From Cyanophora paradoxa CCMP329 (lineage: Eukaryota > Plantae > Glaucophyta): a stretch of 64,000 nucleotides of DNA. Every line of letters begins with the position of its first letter. Position 1 is the stretch's first letter. The DNA lies in contig QPMI01000658.1 of NCBI GenBank assembly GCA_004431415.1, forward strand, positions 1 through 64,000, given 5' to 3'. The notes beneath the pieces were generated by a model that was given only the letters and a program-made list of their open reading frames with translations, was not told where the DNA came from and made no database searches. This document shows, piece after piece, positions 33,740 through 45,500 of this stretch. Position numbers and translations under genes: made by a program.

Positions 33740-34136
33740 GACTGAGTAAAAAAAGGCTCCAGTTTGATTGAAAGCTCAAGGAGTTGAAAGAACGCTTATT
33801 TTGCGATTGATTCGTAAAAAACGTTTTTTCTACTTGAGCAAACTTGCAATCTTTTTATATGCTTCTTTTTAGAATTATACCTGACTTATTATTACTTGCT
33901 TCGAAAAAATGCGAGGTTTATTTAGTTAATATATTTAAAGAGAGAATTATAGCTTTGCTAGGTCGCTCGTCTCTGTACCCATATTGTACCCAATTTCGGA
34001 TTTAAGCAATTCAGTCCGTTTAATTCGTTTCATTCGCGATCGGACGATTCGTGTAATTCGCGATCGCGATCGCGATTCGCGATTCATAGCGCGCGACCGC
34101 TCAAGCTCGGGGCCCCAGCTTGAAACTGGGGACCTG
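33740..34136 (-). repeat. Diverged inverted copy of 11394-11651 plus 30348-30420, a transposon-end-like sequence beginning CAGG
   Basis: The reverse complement CAGGTCCCCAGTTTCAAGCTGGGGCCCCGAGCTTGAGCGGTCGCGCG matches CAGGGCCGCGGGCTTCATGTTGGGCCCTAAGCTTGAGCGATCGTGCG at 11394. A second block (CTTGA..TTCAA.CAAAC.GGAGC..TTTTTTACTCA) matches 30380-30417. Confidence 0.6.
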
Positions 34137-34832
34137 ACTAGTGAATCACTGTGAATGCGACCTTCAAAATAAAAAAGGCTATAATGGCCGTGAATCGGAC
34201 TAAATTGCCGAATCCGCCCGAATTCGGATTGCCGTTGCAATATCTTAAATTGCCGAATTCACACCGCGCCGGTCCGCGCGAATCACCCGGCCTTGTAATA
34301 TTAATTCAGAAAGTCACTACCCCTTTCGACACTGCCGTTGATTCAAATTACGTCAAAAAGGGCAAAATGTTTCCGAGTTCAAGTTTTAATAAACTAGCTG
34401 CAACCGTTGCAAATTGAAGCTTGAAGGTACTACGGTTCGTACTTTCAAGTTTCAAGTTTAGACCCGGTGACCGTACCGTTCCGTACGTACAGACGGTCCA
34501 GTAGTAGGACCAGTACTACTAACTTAGTACTAAGTAGCCTAGTAGTCTACTTGAGTCTAGACTCTAGAGTCTAGAGTCTAGACTCCGATCGCGAGCTCGA
34601 GGCTCTACAGTCTCAGTGAGTCGACAGAGTCCCCAGGTCCAGACTTTGACCCACCACAAAGTCGTACGGTATCTTCGACCCACCAGACTTGCCACTGTTG
34701 CCAGACTTGTATCAATCTAGAGAGCAGACTCGTCGGACATCGACAGTTGCAAGCAGCGCTAACCTGCGGCTGCATCCAGAAGCTCTCGCTAGACGGTTTA
34801 CAGACCCATATTACGCTTATAAGTATCGATCG

Positions 34833-35676
34833 ATGACGGCGGACGGCAAACCTGGGGCGGCTTCGAGTGGTAATGCGAATACGGTTGTGGACATTCCGTA
34901 CCAGCCCGCGCAAGGGGACGCTGCCGGCGGAGGAAAAGGTCTGCAGATTCCGTACGGCGGAGGCTCGCAACAAGACGCCGTGCGTATTCGTGCCCTCAGT
35001 GCCTAGCATATGAACCACGCTCACAAGACATGTATACGGCTACAGGTTGTCTACACGAGCTACGATTACCATGCCACGACGTCGACATCAGGCCTAGGAG
35101 GGATGGCGATGGTGGGGCCCGTCCCGATGACGGTGAACATGGATCAGTCGACGTCGCGAATCTCTGTCTGGTGTAAGGATCGCGGTTATGAGGAATCAAC
35201 CGTATCGGCGCTTGTGTTTGCCTTCGGTGCGCACGCGGCGCTATTGGTCCTCGCGCTAGCCTGACGTTCACCGGCAGGCTGGTGCTTCTGGTGTATCTGG
35301 TGGTGCGTGCCTGCATGCGCAGTGGCCTGTAGTTTACGTTAGTGGGACAGCTGCATCTGACGCTGGTTTCCCGTGTTTGATTTGCAGCGCGGGGTGGGGC
35401 TTCATCAAGTCGCAGAACAAGACAGCTCGCGGCTTTGGCATCGCTTCTGTCAGCCTCATGTTCCTTACGTTGGCTTTCGTCATTACCATCATCATCATAG
35501 CCATCGTGTACGTGGCGCAGCGTGCTCCCTGTAGTTCTGAACCATCTTTAATGAACTTCGCTTTTCCACGCAGTGTCTGGAGGAATCGGAATGATTCCTT
35601 GAACTCTTACTGTCGTTATGTTCGGGAGTGGAATTACGATCAATCCAGATACGTCGAGGTATATAGATGCTATTAG
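34833..35676 (+). CDS. Spliced small membrane protein (two hydrophobic segments), function unknown
   Basis: MTADGKPG...QQDA|VVYTSYDY...SALVFAF|GWCFWCIW|CAGWGFIKSQNKTARGFGIASVSLMFLTLAFVITIIIIAI|VWRNRND...YRCY*; short GT-AG introns separate the ORF-track fragments. Confidence 0.7.
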
Positions 35677-35875
35677 TAAGCTACCGGTACCGTAGAATTG
35701 CAAGTATTCGTATAGCCACGTGAACGCGAGAAGTAGTGATCATGAAGCCATAGCTAGGTCACTACTTCTCATGTCCTCTGTCCTCTAAATCTGTCAGCCG
35801 CACACAACTGTCCTCTAGACCTGTCAGCCGCCCGCCGGGATCAGCGCGATAACAGCGCGATAGCAGCTAGCGCCC

Positions 35876-36003
<128 letters not shown>

Positions 36004-36097
36004 CAACCACGCGCGATCGATATCGATATCAGATGTCGATGTAAATAAAACCATTAAGCAAGCAATTTGCAAGTACTTTCAGCTTGCGACTCTGATA

Positions 36098-39000
36098 TCC
36101 TACCCCTCTAGATCTAAATCTCTATAGCTAGCTCTATAGCTAGCTTAACTGTACGCGTACTTACATATACATGTACATGTAAATACTTCTTCCTCCCTCT
36201 TCCCGCACGGAAATCCACCCCGGCGCCGACGGCCTGGCCCTGGCCGCTTGATCTCGCGCGGGCCGCCGGGCCGTGCACGTGGCGTCGCCGGCCAGGACTG
36301 CTCTCGTGCACGTGCAGTTCGAGTTGTCGCCGCGCCCATCGATATCGGCCCGGCCCCCGCACGAACGGCTCCGGTCCGGGATCGAGCGCGCCGGCCGGGC
36401 GGCCGGTCGCGGGGATTCTATGGCCGGCGGGGCGGGGCGCTCCAGCCCCCCCCCCCCTCGCCCCCAACAACATCGCCCCCGCCATATGCATCGCACCCCG
36501 CCTGCAGGTCCCCGCCCCGGCCCGTCCCCGCCTGCCCCGTGTCCCCTCCACCTCACTGTCCTCGCCGCGCCGCGCAGAGCTCGCTCCCTCGCCCCGCATC
36601 CTTCGTTCGCCCTCTGCAGCGCGCCACCTCCCTCGCCGCCCCGGCCCCCTCCCTCCCGGATCCCCTTCAGGGCGTCCTCGATGCTTACCCCCGCCCTCCC
36701 CCTCCCCTCCCCGGACGTCGAGGCTAGGCGCAGCAGGCGGAGCCAGGTCGATCCGGAGCTCCCCGCGGTCGGCCAGCTGGTGCACCCGCGGGTCCTGGCG
36801 GCGCCGCCTATGGCTCCGCCCTCCCTGGCTCCGCCCCGTACCCCCCTGAGAATCCCGTACCACCGCGAGCCGGCGGTGCAGCGGGCGCTGCTGGAGGCGC
36901 TGGTGGCGGTCTCCAACGCGGCGCAGAGCTGCGAGCACCAGGCCCGCCTCCTCGCCGTTGTTCGCCGTACCCCCGCCCCGCTTCATCCCCCCGGCCTCAT
37001 CGGCCCGTTCGAGGCGCAGTGGAACGCCCCCGAGTTCACCTCCGCTCTCGGTGCGGCGCGGCGTATCCCCCCCCCCCCCCGTCCTCCGCGGGGGGTATGG
37101 GGGCGACAAGGCCGGCAGGGGACACGCTGCACCTGCTGGTGCACTTAAATTGCGAGTCCTGGCGGCGCCGCCCCCCGCCCGGGCGCCCGCTGCCAGGGCG
37201 CCCCCCTCGACTCCGCCCCCGCCCGACGTCCGCCGCACCAAGGACCACGTACCCCCACTCCCCGCCCCCCTGCCCGCCCGCGCCTGTACCCCCCGACCGA
37301 GCGGCGCCCACCGCAGATCGGCTTCCTCTCCCTCTTCGCGGCCGCCTTCAAGCGGGGCTCCGTACCCCCGTCCCTGGAGGAGCGCCAGGCGGGCGGGGGG
37401 GGGGGGGGAGGGGGGGGGGGCGGGTAACCTCGCCGCCCAGGGCCGCGCGGGGTACCCCTTCGGCCCTCACCTCGCGATCGGCGCCGTCCTGCCCCGGCAC
37501 GCGCCCCGTACCCCCGCCCCCTCCCCCCTTCTTGACACCCGCGCGCTCCGGCAGACGCTGTTGCTGCTGCCGCGGTCGCTGGCGGCGCTCTGGAGCCCCG
37601 AGGCGCGTGCCTTGCTCCCGGGGGCCCGCCCTCGCCCTGCGAGTTCGGCGTCCCCTCCGCAACAAAGCCGCCTCGGGTTCCGGCGCCGGCTTCCCGTGAG
37701 CCTCGCCGGCGCCCGAGGGGGCCGGGGAGGAGCGGCCGGGCTTCGGGGGCCCGCTGAAGGGCGGGAATGGGGGGGGGCGGGGGGGAGGGGGGGGGGGGGG
37801 GGGCGAGCCCCTCCTCGTCCACGAGCTCCGCCTCTGGGTTTAGGGGTCGGCCCCGTACCCCCCGGCCCGTTCCCTCCCCCCCCCCGGGCTCTGCGAGTCC
37901 GTCTCCTCTTCGGTCCGGCGTACCCCCCGCGGCCTTCATCCCCCTTCTCACCTTAGCGCAGGCGCGGGGGATGGGCGTCGCCGACGCTGTCGGCGCCGGC
38001 GCTGGCGGCGCTGCTGAGCCCCTCCGCCGTGCCCCTCGCCTCCGAGCGCGGCCTCCGCTCCCTCGCCCGACCCAGCCGCTCCCTCGCCCCACCCGGCCCC
38101 TCTCCCGACCCGGCAGCGCCGGCGCCGCCACGGCCACTGACGCCGCACGGAAGCCCGCCCCGGCGCCGACGGCCCCGCGCGCCCTGGCCGTGCGCGTCCC
38201 TTGCTAGGCTTTCTAAACTTCGACGTTTTGTTATTAATTGCAAGGGGGACGAAGACCGAAGGGCTTCTCCCAGCTTGCTTCCCGTTCCCTCGCTTCAGCC
38301 AAAAGTTTTCTATGAGGCCGTTTTCGAGGTCCAGTATGCAACAAAAATGGGGCTTATTCGCGTTCCGATTGGCTCGGTGAACCGGTCAGCCCTCGACTTT
38401 CGAGCGTCAGACTCGAGCTCGCGAGAGCTCTCTCGGCTCGGGAAAAGTGGTTTTCGAGGGGAAATTAAAACCAACTTCTCTCTCACTCCTCTAGCTATAG
38501 ATCTGGGCTCTCCGGGCCTCTAGATCTCCCTCGCGCGGCGCTGCGCTGTCACGCGGCGGTTTTGCATGGCAACCACTTCTCCCTAGCTGTCTCCTCTAAA
38601 TTTCCTCTTGCTCGCACGATAGCTACGCTGTTAACGTTCTGCCCGGCACCGCAAAACCGCTTTCGCCGCTGCCTGCGCCGCTGATCGCAGCCGAGCATGC
38701 GTGGCCGTCCAGACTGTAGTCTTTTGCTGCGCTCAGCGCTAGCAAGCCGGCGACATCGCGTGCGCCGCAGAACCGCGTGCGCCGGCCGAGCACGCCTGCT
38801 GGGCCGGGCGCTCTTGTTGCGCTCGGCACCCGGCCAGCAGACTAGTTCGCGCGCGTGCTGCGCACGACGTGCCGCTTGTGCGCTCAGTCGGCGCCCCGCG
38901 TGCGCCCCGCGTTTCGCCGCGCGCCTGCGTCCCCGCCGCCTGCCACCCGGCCAGCAGTCCAGCTCGGTTGCTGGGCGCCGGCACGGCGCGCCGCTGCACA

Positions 39001-39116
39001 CCGCTTGCCGCTCGTTACGGTTCTGCCGCGCGCATGTGCGTGCCACTAGGACTCTTTCACTAGATCCCGGTTCCCCCCTTGCACACCCGGCGCGAAAATC
39101 GCGGCCGGGCCACTAG
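36098..39116 (+). mobile_element. Possible non-autonomous Helitron-like insertion (3' end better supported than 5' end)
   Basis: GC hairpin CCCGGCGCGA-AAA-TCGCGGCCGGG at 39086-39109 followed by CTAG|T at 39113-39117. Candidate A|TC starts at 36098 or 36113. The interior is extremely GC-rich with a broken Pro/Arg-rich frame and no Rep/helicase motifs. Confidence 0.3.
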
Positions 39117-39238
39117 TATTCGAGTCCACCTCTACAATATTAATGCAATTGCAAGCGAGAGCGTTATTACTGTATGGCTGTGCTGGAATATTACTACCTA
39201 CGGGGGACTCGCCTTACCGTAGTCTCTCAAAAACAATT

Positions 39239-39448
39239 CCGCTGGAATAACAAATCATATAAGGCCGAAAAAGCTGGCAAAACAAAGCTCGCACTAAGTC
39301 TCTAATAATTGGCAGGCACTCCTCTACGGGTGGCTCGCCTCTAGATCTCGAAACCATCCGCTGGAATAACAAATCATATTAGGCCGAAACGCTGGCAAAG
39401 CAAAGCTCGCGCTAAATCTCGAATAACAGCTGTGTAGGCACTCCTCTA
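39239..39448. repeat. Two diverged tandem copies of a ~90-bp unit (period about 119 bp)
   Basis: CCGCTGGAATAACAAATCATAT.AGGCCGAAA..GCTGGCAAA.CAAAGCTCGC at 39239 and 39358. Confidence 0.8.
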
Positions 39449-39557
39449 GATCTACACGTGGGATACTCTACAATATTAATGCAAGCGAGAGTACTAGTAC
39501 TAGTACTAGTCTACATAAATACGCGGCGGGCGACATCATCCTCTGACGGAGACATGG

Positions 39558-42500
39558 TTAGGCCGGGACGACGACAACGTTGATGTTGCCGTCGGTCTGG
39601 CGCAACACGAGGTTCTCGCCGGGCGAAGGGACCAGTCCGGCGTCGCCTGCCGTACGCGTCGCAGCTGCGTTCTCCGGCGGCAGCGCGGAGGGGGTGAAGG
39701 CCGGCCGGCCGCGGCCCCCCGCGGCGCGCTCGGCGTCCGTCGGCACGACCTTGACGGACCTCGGTGCTCCAATGCCGCCCATCTCGTTGCAGAGATCCCA
39801 CTCGCTGCGGTGCAGGCGCCCGCTGGGTCTGCCCACCGCCCGACGGCTCTGCATGCGGTACACCATCACAGCGATTGCGCCGAGGACGATGGCGCCGCCA
39901 CCGATGCCGACGCACACGCCGACGATTACGGGGACGCTGCTCGGGGCACCGCCCGACGACTGCGCTGGCGTCGCGATCGTCCCCACCGGCAGGACGGTGC
40001 CCTGCGACGTGTCGACGATGACGTTCGACATGGACGTGATGGGCTTGCCGTTGATGACGAGGGCGTTGCTGCTGATCTTCGCCTGCAGCGCCTGTACGAA
40101 GGCGGCTGGCGTGATGATCGTCCCGGTGGCCGTGTTTAGCTTCACGATGCCGATGTCGAGCTGGATCGGCACGACCTGTAGCAAAGCCCTCCCCGACCCG
40201 GCACCGCAGCGGCTTCCTGCTCAGCGGTTGCGTTTGCAGTGCATCGACCGCAACGAAACAGTGCAGACGGACCCTTAATATAGGCCCGGTAGCTATTGTC
40301 GGCGTCGCTAAAAGCAGACTGGACTGCTGCGTCGGTGAGGTTGCCGATGAAGGCCTTGCACTCGGCCTGAGAGTTTGCCTGCATTGTGACTGTGAAGGTC
40401 GCCACTTCGGTCCGCTCCGGCGTCGGAGAGGGCATGGCGGGCGCTGTGGAGGCTGGAGTCGGCTGTATGAGAGGACTGGGCGACGGGCTGGGTGATAACA
40501 AAGGGGTGGACGTCGGTGCGGTTGCATTCGCCGACGGGCTAGGCAACGGAGACGGGCTGAGCGTTGGCACTGTTGCATCTGCCGACGGGCTTGGAGACGG
40601 CGACGGGCTGGGCGTTGGCACGGTCACATCTGCCGACGGGCTTGGAGACGGCGACGGGCTGGGCGTTGGCGCGGTTGCATCTGCCGACGGGCTTGGAGAC
40701 GGCGACGGGCTGGGCGTTGGCGCGGTTGCATCCGCTGACGGGCTTGGAGACGGCGACGGGCTGGGCGTTGGCGCGGTTGCATCTGCCGACGGGCTTGGAG
40801 ACGGCGACGGGCTGGGCGTTGGCGCAGTCGCATCTGCCGACGGGCTTGGAGACGGCGACGGGCTGGGCGTTGGCGCGGTTGCATCTGCCGACGGGCTTGG
40901 AGACGGCGACGGGCTGGGCGTTGGCACGGTCGCATCTGCCGACGGGCTTGGAGACGGCGACGGGCTGGGCGTCGGCGCAGTCGCATCTGCCGACGGGCTT
41001 GGAGACGGCGACGGGCTGGGCGTTGGCGCGGTTGCATCTGCCGACGGGCTTGGAGACGGCGACAGGCTGGGCGTTGGCACGGTCGCATCTGCCGACGGGC
41101 TTGGAGACGGCGACGGGCTGGGCGTTGGCGCGGTCGCATCTGCCGACGGGCTTGGAGACGGCGACGGGCTCGGCGACGGGCTCGACGACGGCTCAATATC
41201 CTCTTTCGTGACTAGGCCGGGCGGGTCCGGCGCTTTCGACACGGTTGCGTTGAATGTCAAGTTGCCGATCGCAGGTTCCTGCTTAAGGACGGATTGGAGC
41301 TGAGTGGCGAGCTCATTGACCCTGTTTACATCGGCCTGTTCTGCCGTTGTGCAGTTCACCCCGTTTGCCACGTCCTCGGCAGTGCAGTTGCTGGTTGTCG
41401 ACGTCGACGTCGACGTGTTCGCAACAATGAGAAACTCGAATATGGTGGTACCGGTGCCAGCGAGCAGTTGGCGACGGCGGCCTGCGTCCTGTACGATCTT
41501 TGCGATGCGAATTGAGCTCAGCGGAAGCTTGAGCGTCTCGGAGAGGAACTTTATGAAGGCGTCCGTCGCCAGGTTCCTGTCGGCAATAATATAAAGAGCT
41601 TAAGAGCAACGTTAACAACGTATAAGAACATATATAAAAGCTGCGCACAGGTCGCGCTCGTCCTTGATAGCCTGGCAGACGAACGCTGTGGAAATAGGCA
41701 CGCGTATGCGCAAGATCAGCGGCGGATCATGATCAAATACTTGGCGGGAACCGAAATTAAGGACGAAGGTCGCTTCTTTAAAAAAGCAGCATATATAGGG
41801 ATGGCATGGAGGCGGCGCGGAACATAAATTGCAAGCAGCGCACCGACGGCAATCGAAGGTTTGATCGTGATCGTGAGCTGCCCAATACCTGGCCATAGGT
41901 CACGGTCAAGTGATGCGATTCTAGATCTTCCGGGAGCGAATCAAACAGGTCGCACCGTCCTTGACCACGACATACATTGTGCGAGTTCCGGAGTCCCAAT
42001 AATGCATACCGCCGGTCGCGCTGCTAGCGCTAGCCGGCACGGGTATGTAGGGCTCGGGCGGCTTGACGAACACGCCCCCTCCAGCAACCCCCAACAATTG
42101 AACTACAGGGAACACTTTGATCTCGAACACATCGCCGCGCGTGTAGTTGATGGCAAGAACTGCGGGTCCGGAGGGTCAGAGAAGAGAGTGAACACCGGTA
42201 CCACAGTAGACAGAGAAATATATAGGCCATGGCCATGGACAGCGCACCAGTGGAGGTGGATGCGCTCAGCGGCGTGATGGTGAGAACCTGGGGGACAGCT
42301 TCGCTGAAGCTAATGTTGACGTACTTTGACGCCGGGACTCTGCGAACCAATATATCGATGAGAAGGGAAAGCATCATCATCAAATTAAAAGAAAGAAGGG
42401 GCGGACACGAGGTTGAACAAAGACGGCTTCATCCGGCAGTTGGGCACGCCAGGGCAAGCGCCCGTATAGGCCGGCCCCTGCACAATGTCCAGAGCAAGGT

Positions 42501-45500
42501 CCGAGCCGTGCGCGGCGTACACGCCGACGGGGCCGAGGCGGCGTGTGATTGCGCCCGAGTCGCTACTCTCGATACTGAGAGCAACGTGGTTGAGGGCGGC
42601 ACTCTTGCACCAGACCGTGTTGGCTGCCGCGACCTCCGTGCATCCTGTTCGCAGAATGCCCTGCACCGTCGGCGCCGAACGACTCCGCATGAAGGGCATC
42701 GTCAGCTCGGCCGTGAGGTTTCCACTGGCGACGAAGGCGACGTCGGCGGCCTGCGGGGCCAAAAAGGACTGGTGATTGCTGATGATGGAGCCGCCAGCGA
42801 CACCGGTGAGCGTGCCGTCCAGGTCCCGCAGGAGGCAGTGCTTCGGGCCGTCGCAGTCCAGATCGCCGCAAAGATCCGGTGTGCGAACCTCCTCTGGAGG
42901 TGGAGCGACGAACTGCGCCGAGGGAGGGAGAAGTACTCAGAGACCGACGCGTACGCCGACAGAGGGTCCGACGGTAATACCCACCATAAAAGCATCGTCC
43001 GCAACGGAGGTGCGCGCGACACCCGCGAACTCCATTGGAGAGCAGACGTTTATACTGCACGTGCCAGACAATCAGCTTCGGATCCCTGACAGCAAGAGAT
43101 CTAGAGTCAGAGTCTCGTACCTCGAGGGGCTGCTTGAAATTGCCCGGCTCTTCACACTATCGCGCACAGCAAGGTGTAAGCGTATGCGCAGGCGAGTCCA
43201 TGCAGGCAGAGGCGCTTGCGAACCCGCACGAGTCAGTCTCGAGGTAGTTCGCAAAGAAAACCGAGTTGAATTTAGTGACCCCCTTGGTGTGCATAGTGGT
43301 CGTTGAGACGACGCCCTCGGCCCCAGTGGGCCACGCCAGAGTATCGGCCAGCGGCCTTGTAAATGAAGGTACGAAGAGGCCCACTGTTGGGCGGTCCCAG
43401 CCGGCCGCGATGCCGGCAGGCATGTTCGACGGCGCTTGGCTGGCGTCCATCTCCATCGTGCAGTTGCGGTTGCCCGTGTGCCCGACGAAGCTCACGTTTG
43501 CGAGCTGTATCAATTTCCCGAATTTCAACTGCGGACGATCGCGAGTTCGGATGCGTCCGTATGCGTACACGCGCGGCGGGCAGAGACAAGCGCGTTCGCG
43601 GACGCGCGTGCGCACCACCGCGACGAGGCCGACCTTGTTGTCCACAAGGGAGAGGTCGCTGAAATACATCTCCGGCTCGTTGGCGGAGTTCGACACCGAT
43701 GAATACAAGCCTACCATGGCACCGGGCAGAAATTAATGCAGGCAGGCTAGCAAGCTTAAGCGCTAGAAAGAGAGGAGATCGAGGCGGACCGAAGTGCCAG
43801 TTCTTGTATGCAGCGAACCCCTGCTCGACAGTCAGCAGCAGGCGGCGCAGTACTAGTGCAGGAAGCAGCGGTCGCGCTGATGCGATACCTGCATCTTGGC
43901 GCATTTAGCTTGCGAGGCAGATCCCTGCCAATTAAGATTGAGGACGCCGATCAAGCTCGAGTGCGCGACATTGTCGGCGTAGAGGCCTGGATCCTTGTCG
44001 TTGCAGTCGGAGGGAACGAGACGGAAGCCGGTGCGCTCGCTGCCGGCGGCGACCTGCGAGCAGCGCTCAGCGTTGGCCATGGTGCAGGAGGATGCAGAGG
44101 CCGCACGTTGCGCGCAAAGCTGCCCACAGCCGACTGCTCAACGGAGAACGCGGCGTCGTCTGTGGACGACCGGGCGCCAAACTTGAGGTAAACCGCGAGG
44201 TTGTCTGTCACGCTGCACTTCACGCTCGATTTGATGATTATAGCCGAGTTCGAATTGTTGAAAATCGTGTTGTGCGACACGGTCGCGTTCGGAGCCACGC
44301 TCAGCGAGATCGCTTTGGAGAGGCCGTCGCGGAAGGAGCAGCGCGTGACTGTTGCAGCCCCACTGCGGAGGTCCTTGAGTTGCAGCGCAATCGAGGATGT
44401 CTCGAGGCCGAAGAAGGGCTGCCCTGATCCGCCGAAGGCGACCGAATCCAGGACAACAGACGCACTGGAGCCGGTGACGAGCACACCAGCGGAATTGGAG
44501 GCGCGGATTATTACATTTCGAGAAAGTATGCCGACTTCAGCACTGCCACCGCGCGAATGGTTATAAGAGCCAGAGGCCGAGAAATTTTTTAAAGCGAGCG
44601 CGCGGCTGCGCACCGCATGTCGAAGTTCTTCGTTATTCCAGGAGTGCTCCACGTGATCGGCGTCATTGTGCCTATATGGCGATACGAGAGCGCCCTGTCC
44701 AGAGTGAGCGTAGAGGTAGCACCGCTGACAGACACAGCGGTGACGACAGCCAGGTCGTAGAACGCGGGTTGCCAGTCGCTGGGAGATATGACGATTTCGG
44801 CGCCCACTGATCCGGTCCAGTCGCCGTCGACGGTGATGGCCGTAGCTCCAGCGGCGGCGTCCGCAGCAAGGCGCTGAGCGTCCCGCCCGGAAGATCGTGA
44901 GCGGAAGCTTAAGACGTACAGTTGCAAGTGAGAGAGCGATGCGCATGCGCCGCGCACCGTCCATGACCGGGCCTGGTTCGGGATCGGCGGCTGGCCGTAG
45001 ATTGCCAGAGTGCCGTAAACCGTGAGGCCGGGGTTCCCGATAGCGAGCGCCCTCCTCCGTCTCGCACCGCTCGCTGCAGATTCGAATTCAATGTCGACGC
45101 TTAGCGCGGCTCTGCGCGCATTGCATGGCGCTCGCACCGGAGCTTATGTTCAAGACGATCTCCGCTTTAGACAAGAACGGGCGCGTGCTGCTGTTACCAA
45201 TCGTCAGCTTGCCGAGCTCTTTGACCACTATGCTTTGCGCTCTGAGCGACACAGTCATGTTCTTGCCGTCCATGAAGGTGAGCCAGCCGTAGTTGTCGAC
45301 GGTGACAATGCCAAGCATGGGCGTCACGACGTCCACGGCGACGCCCTGGCCCCCAACGATCGTGACGTCCTGGCCCGCCGTGACCGAGCCGAACACGCTG
45401 GACCAGGGAACGAAGCCCCCGACGATAGGCGCAGGAGTGGGTGTCGCCCAGTTGTACGGAGGGCACCTGGGGACAACTTCAGTTGAGACAGCCCGCGCGC

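Noticed and set aside
40386-41303. Plus-strand repetitive ORFs ([12 protein letters not shown]..., [11 protein letters not shown]...) or a CRISPR-like array
   Set aside because: These are antisense shadows of the Ser-Pro coding repeat; the units are contiguous with no unique spacers.
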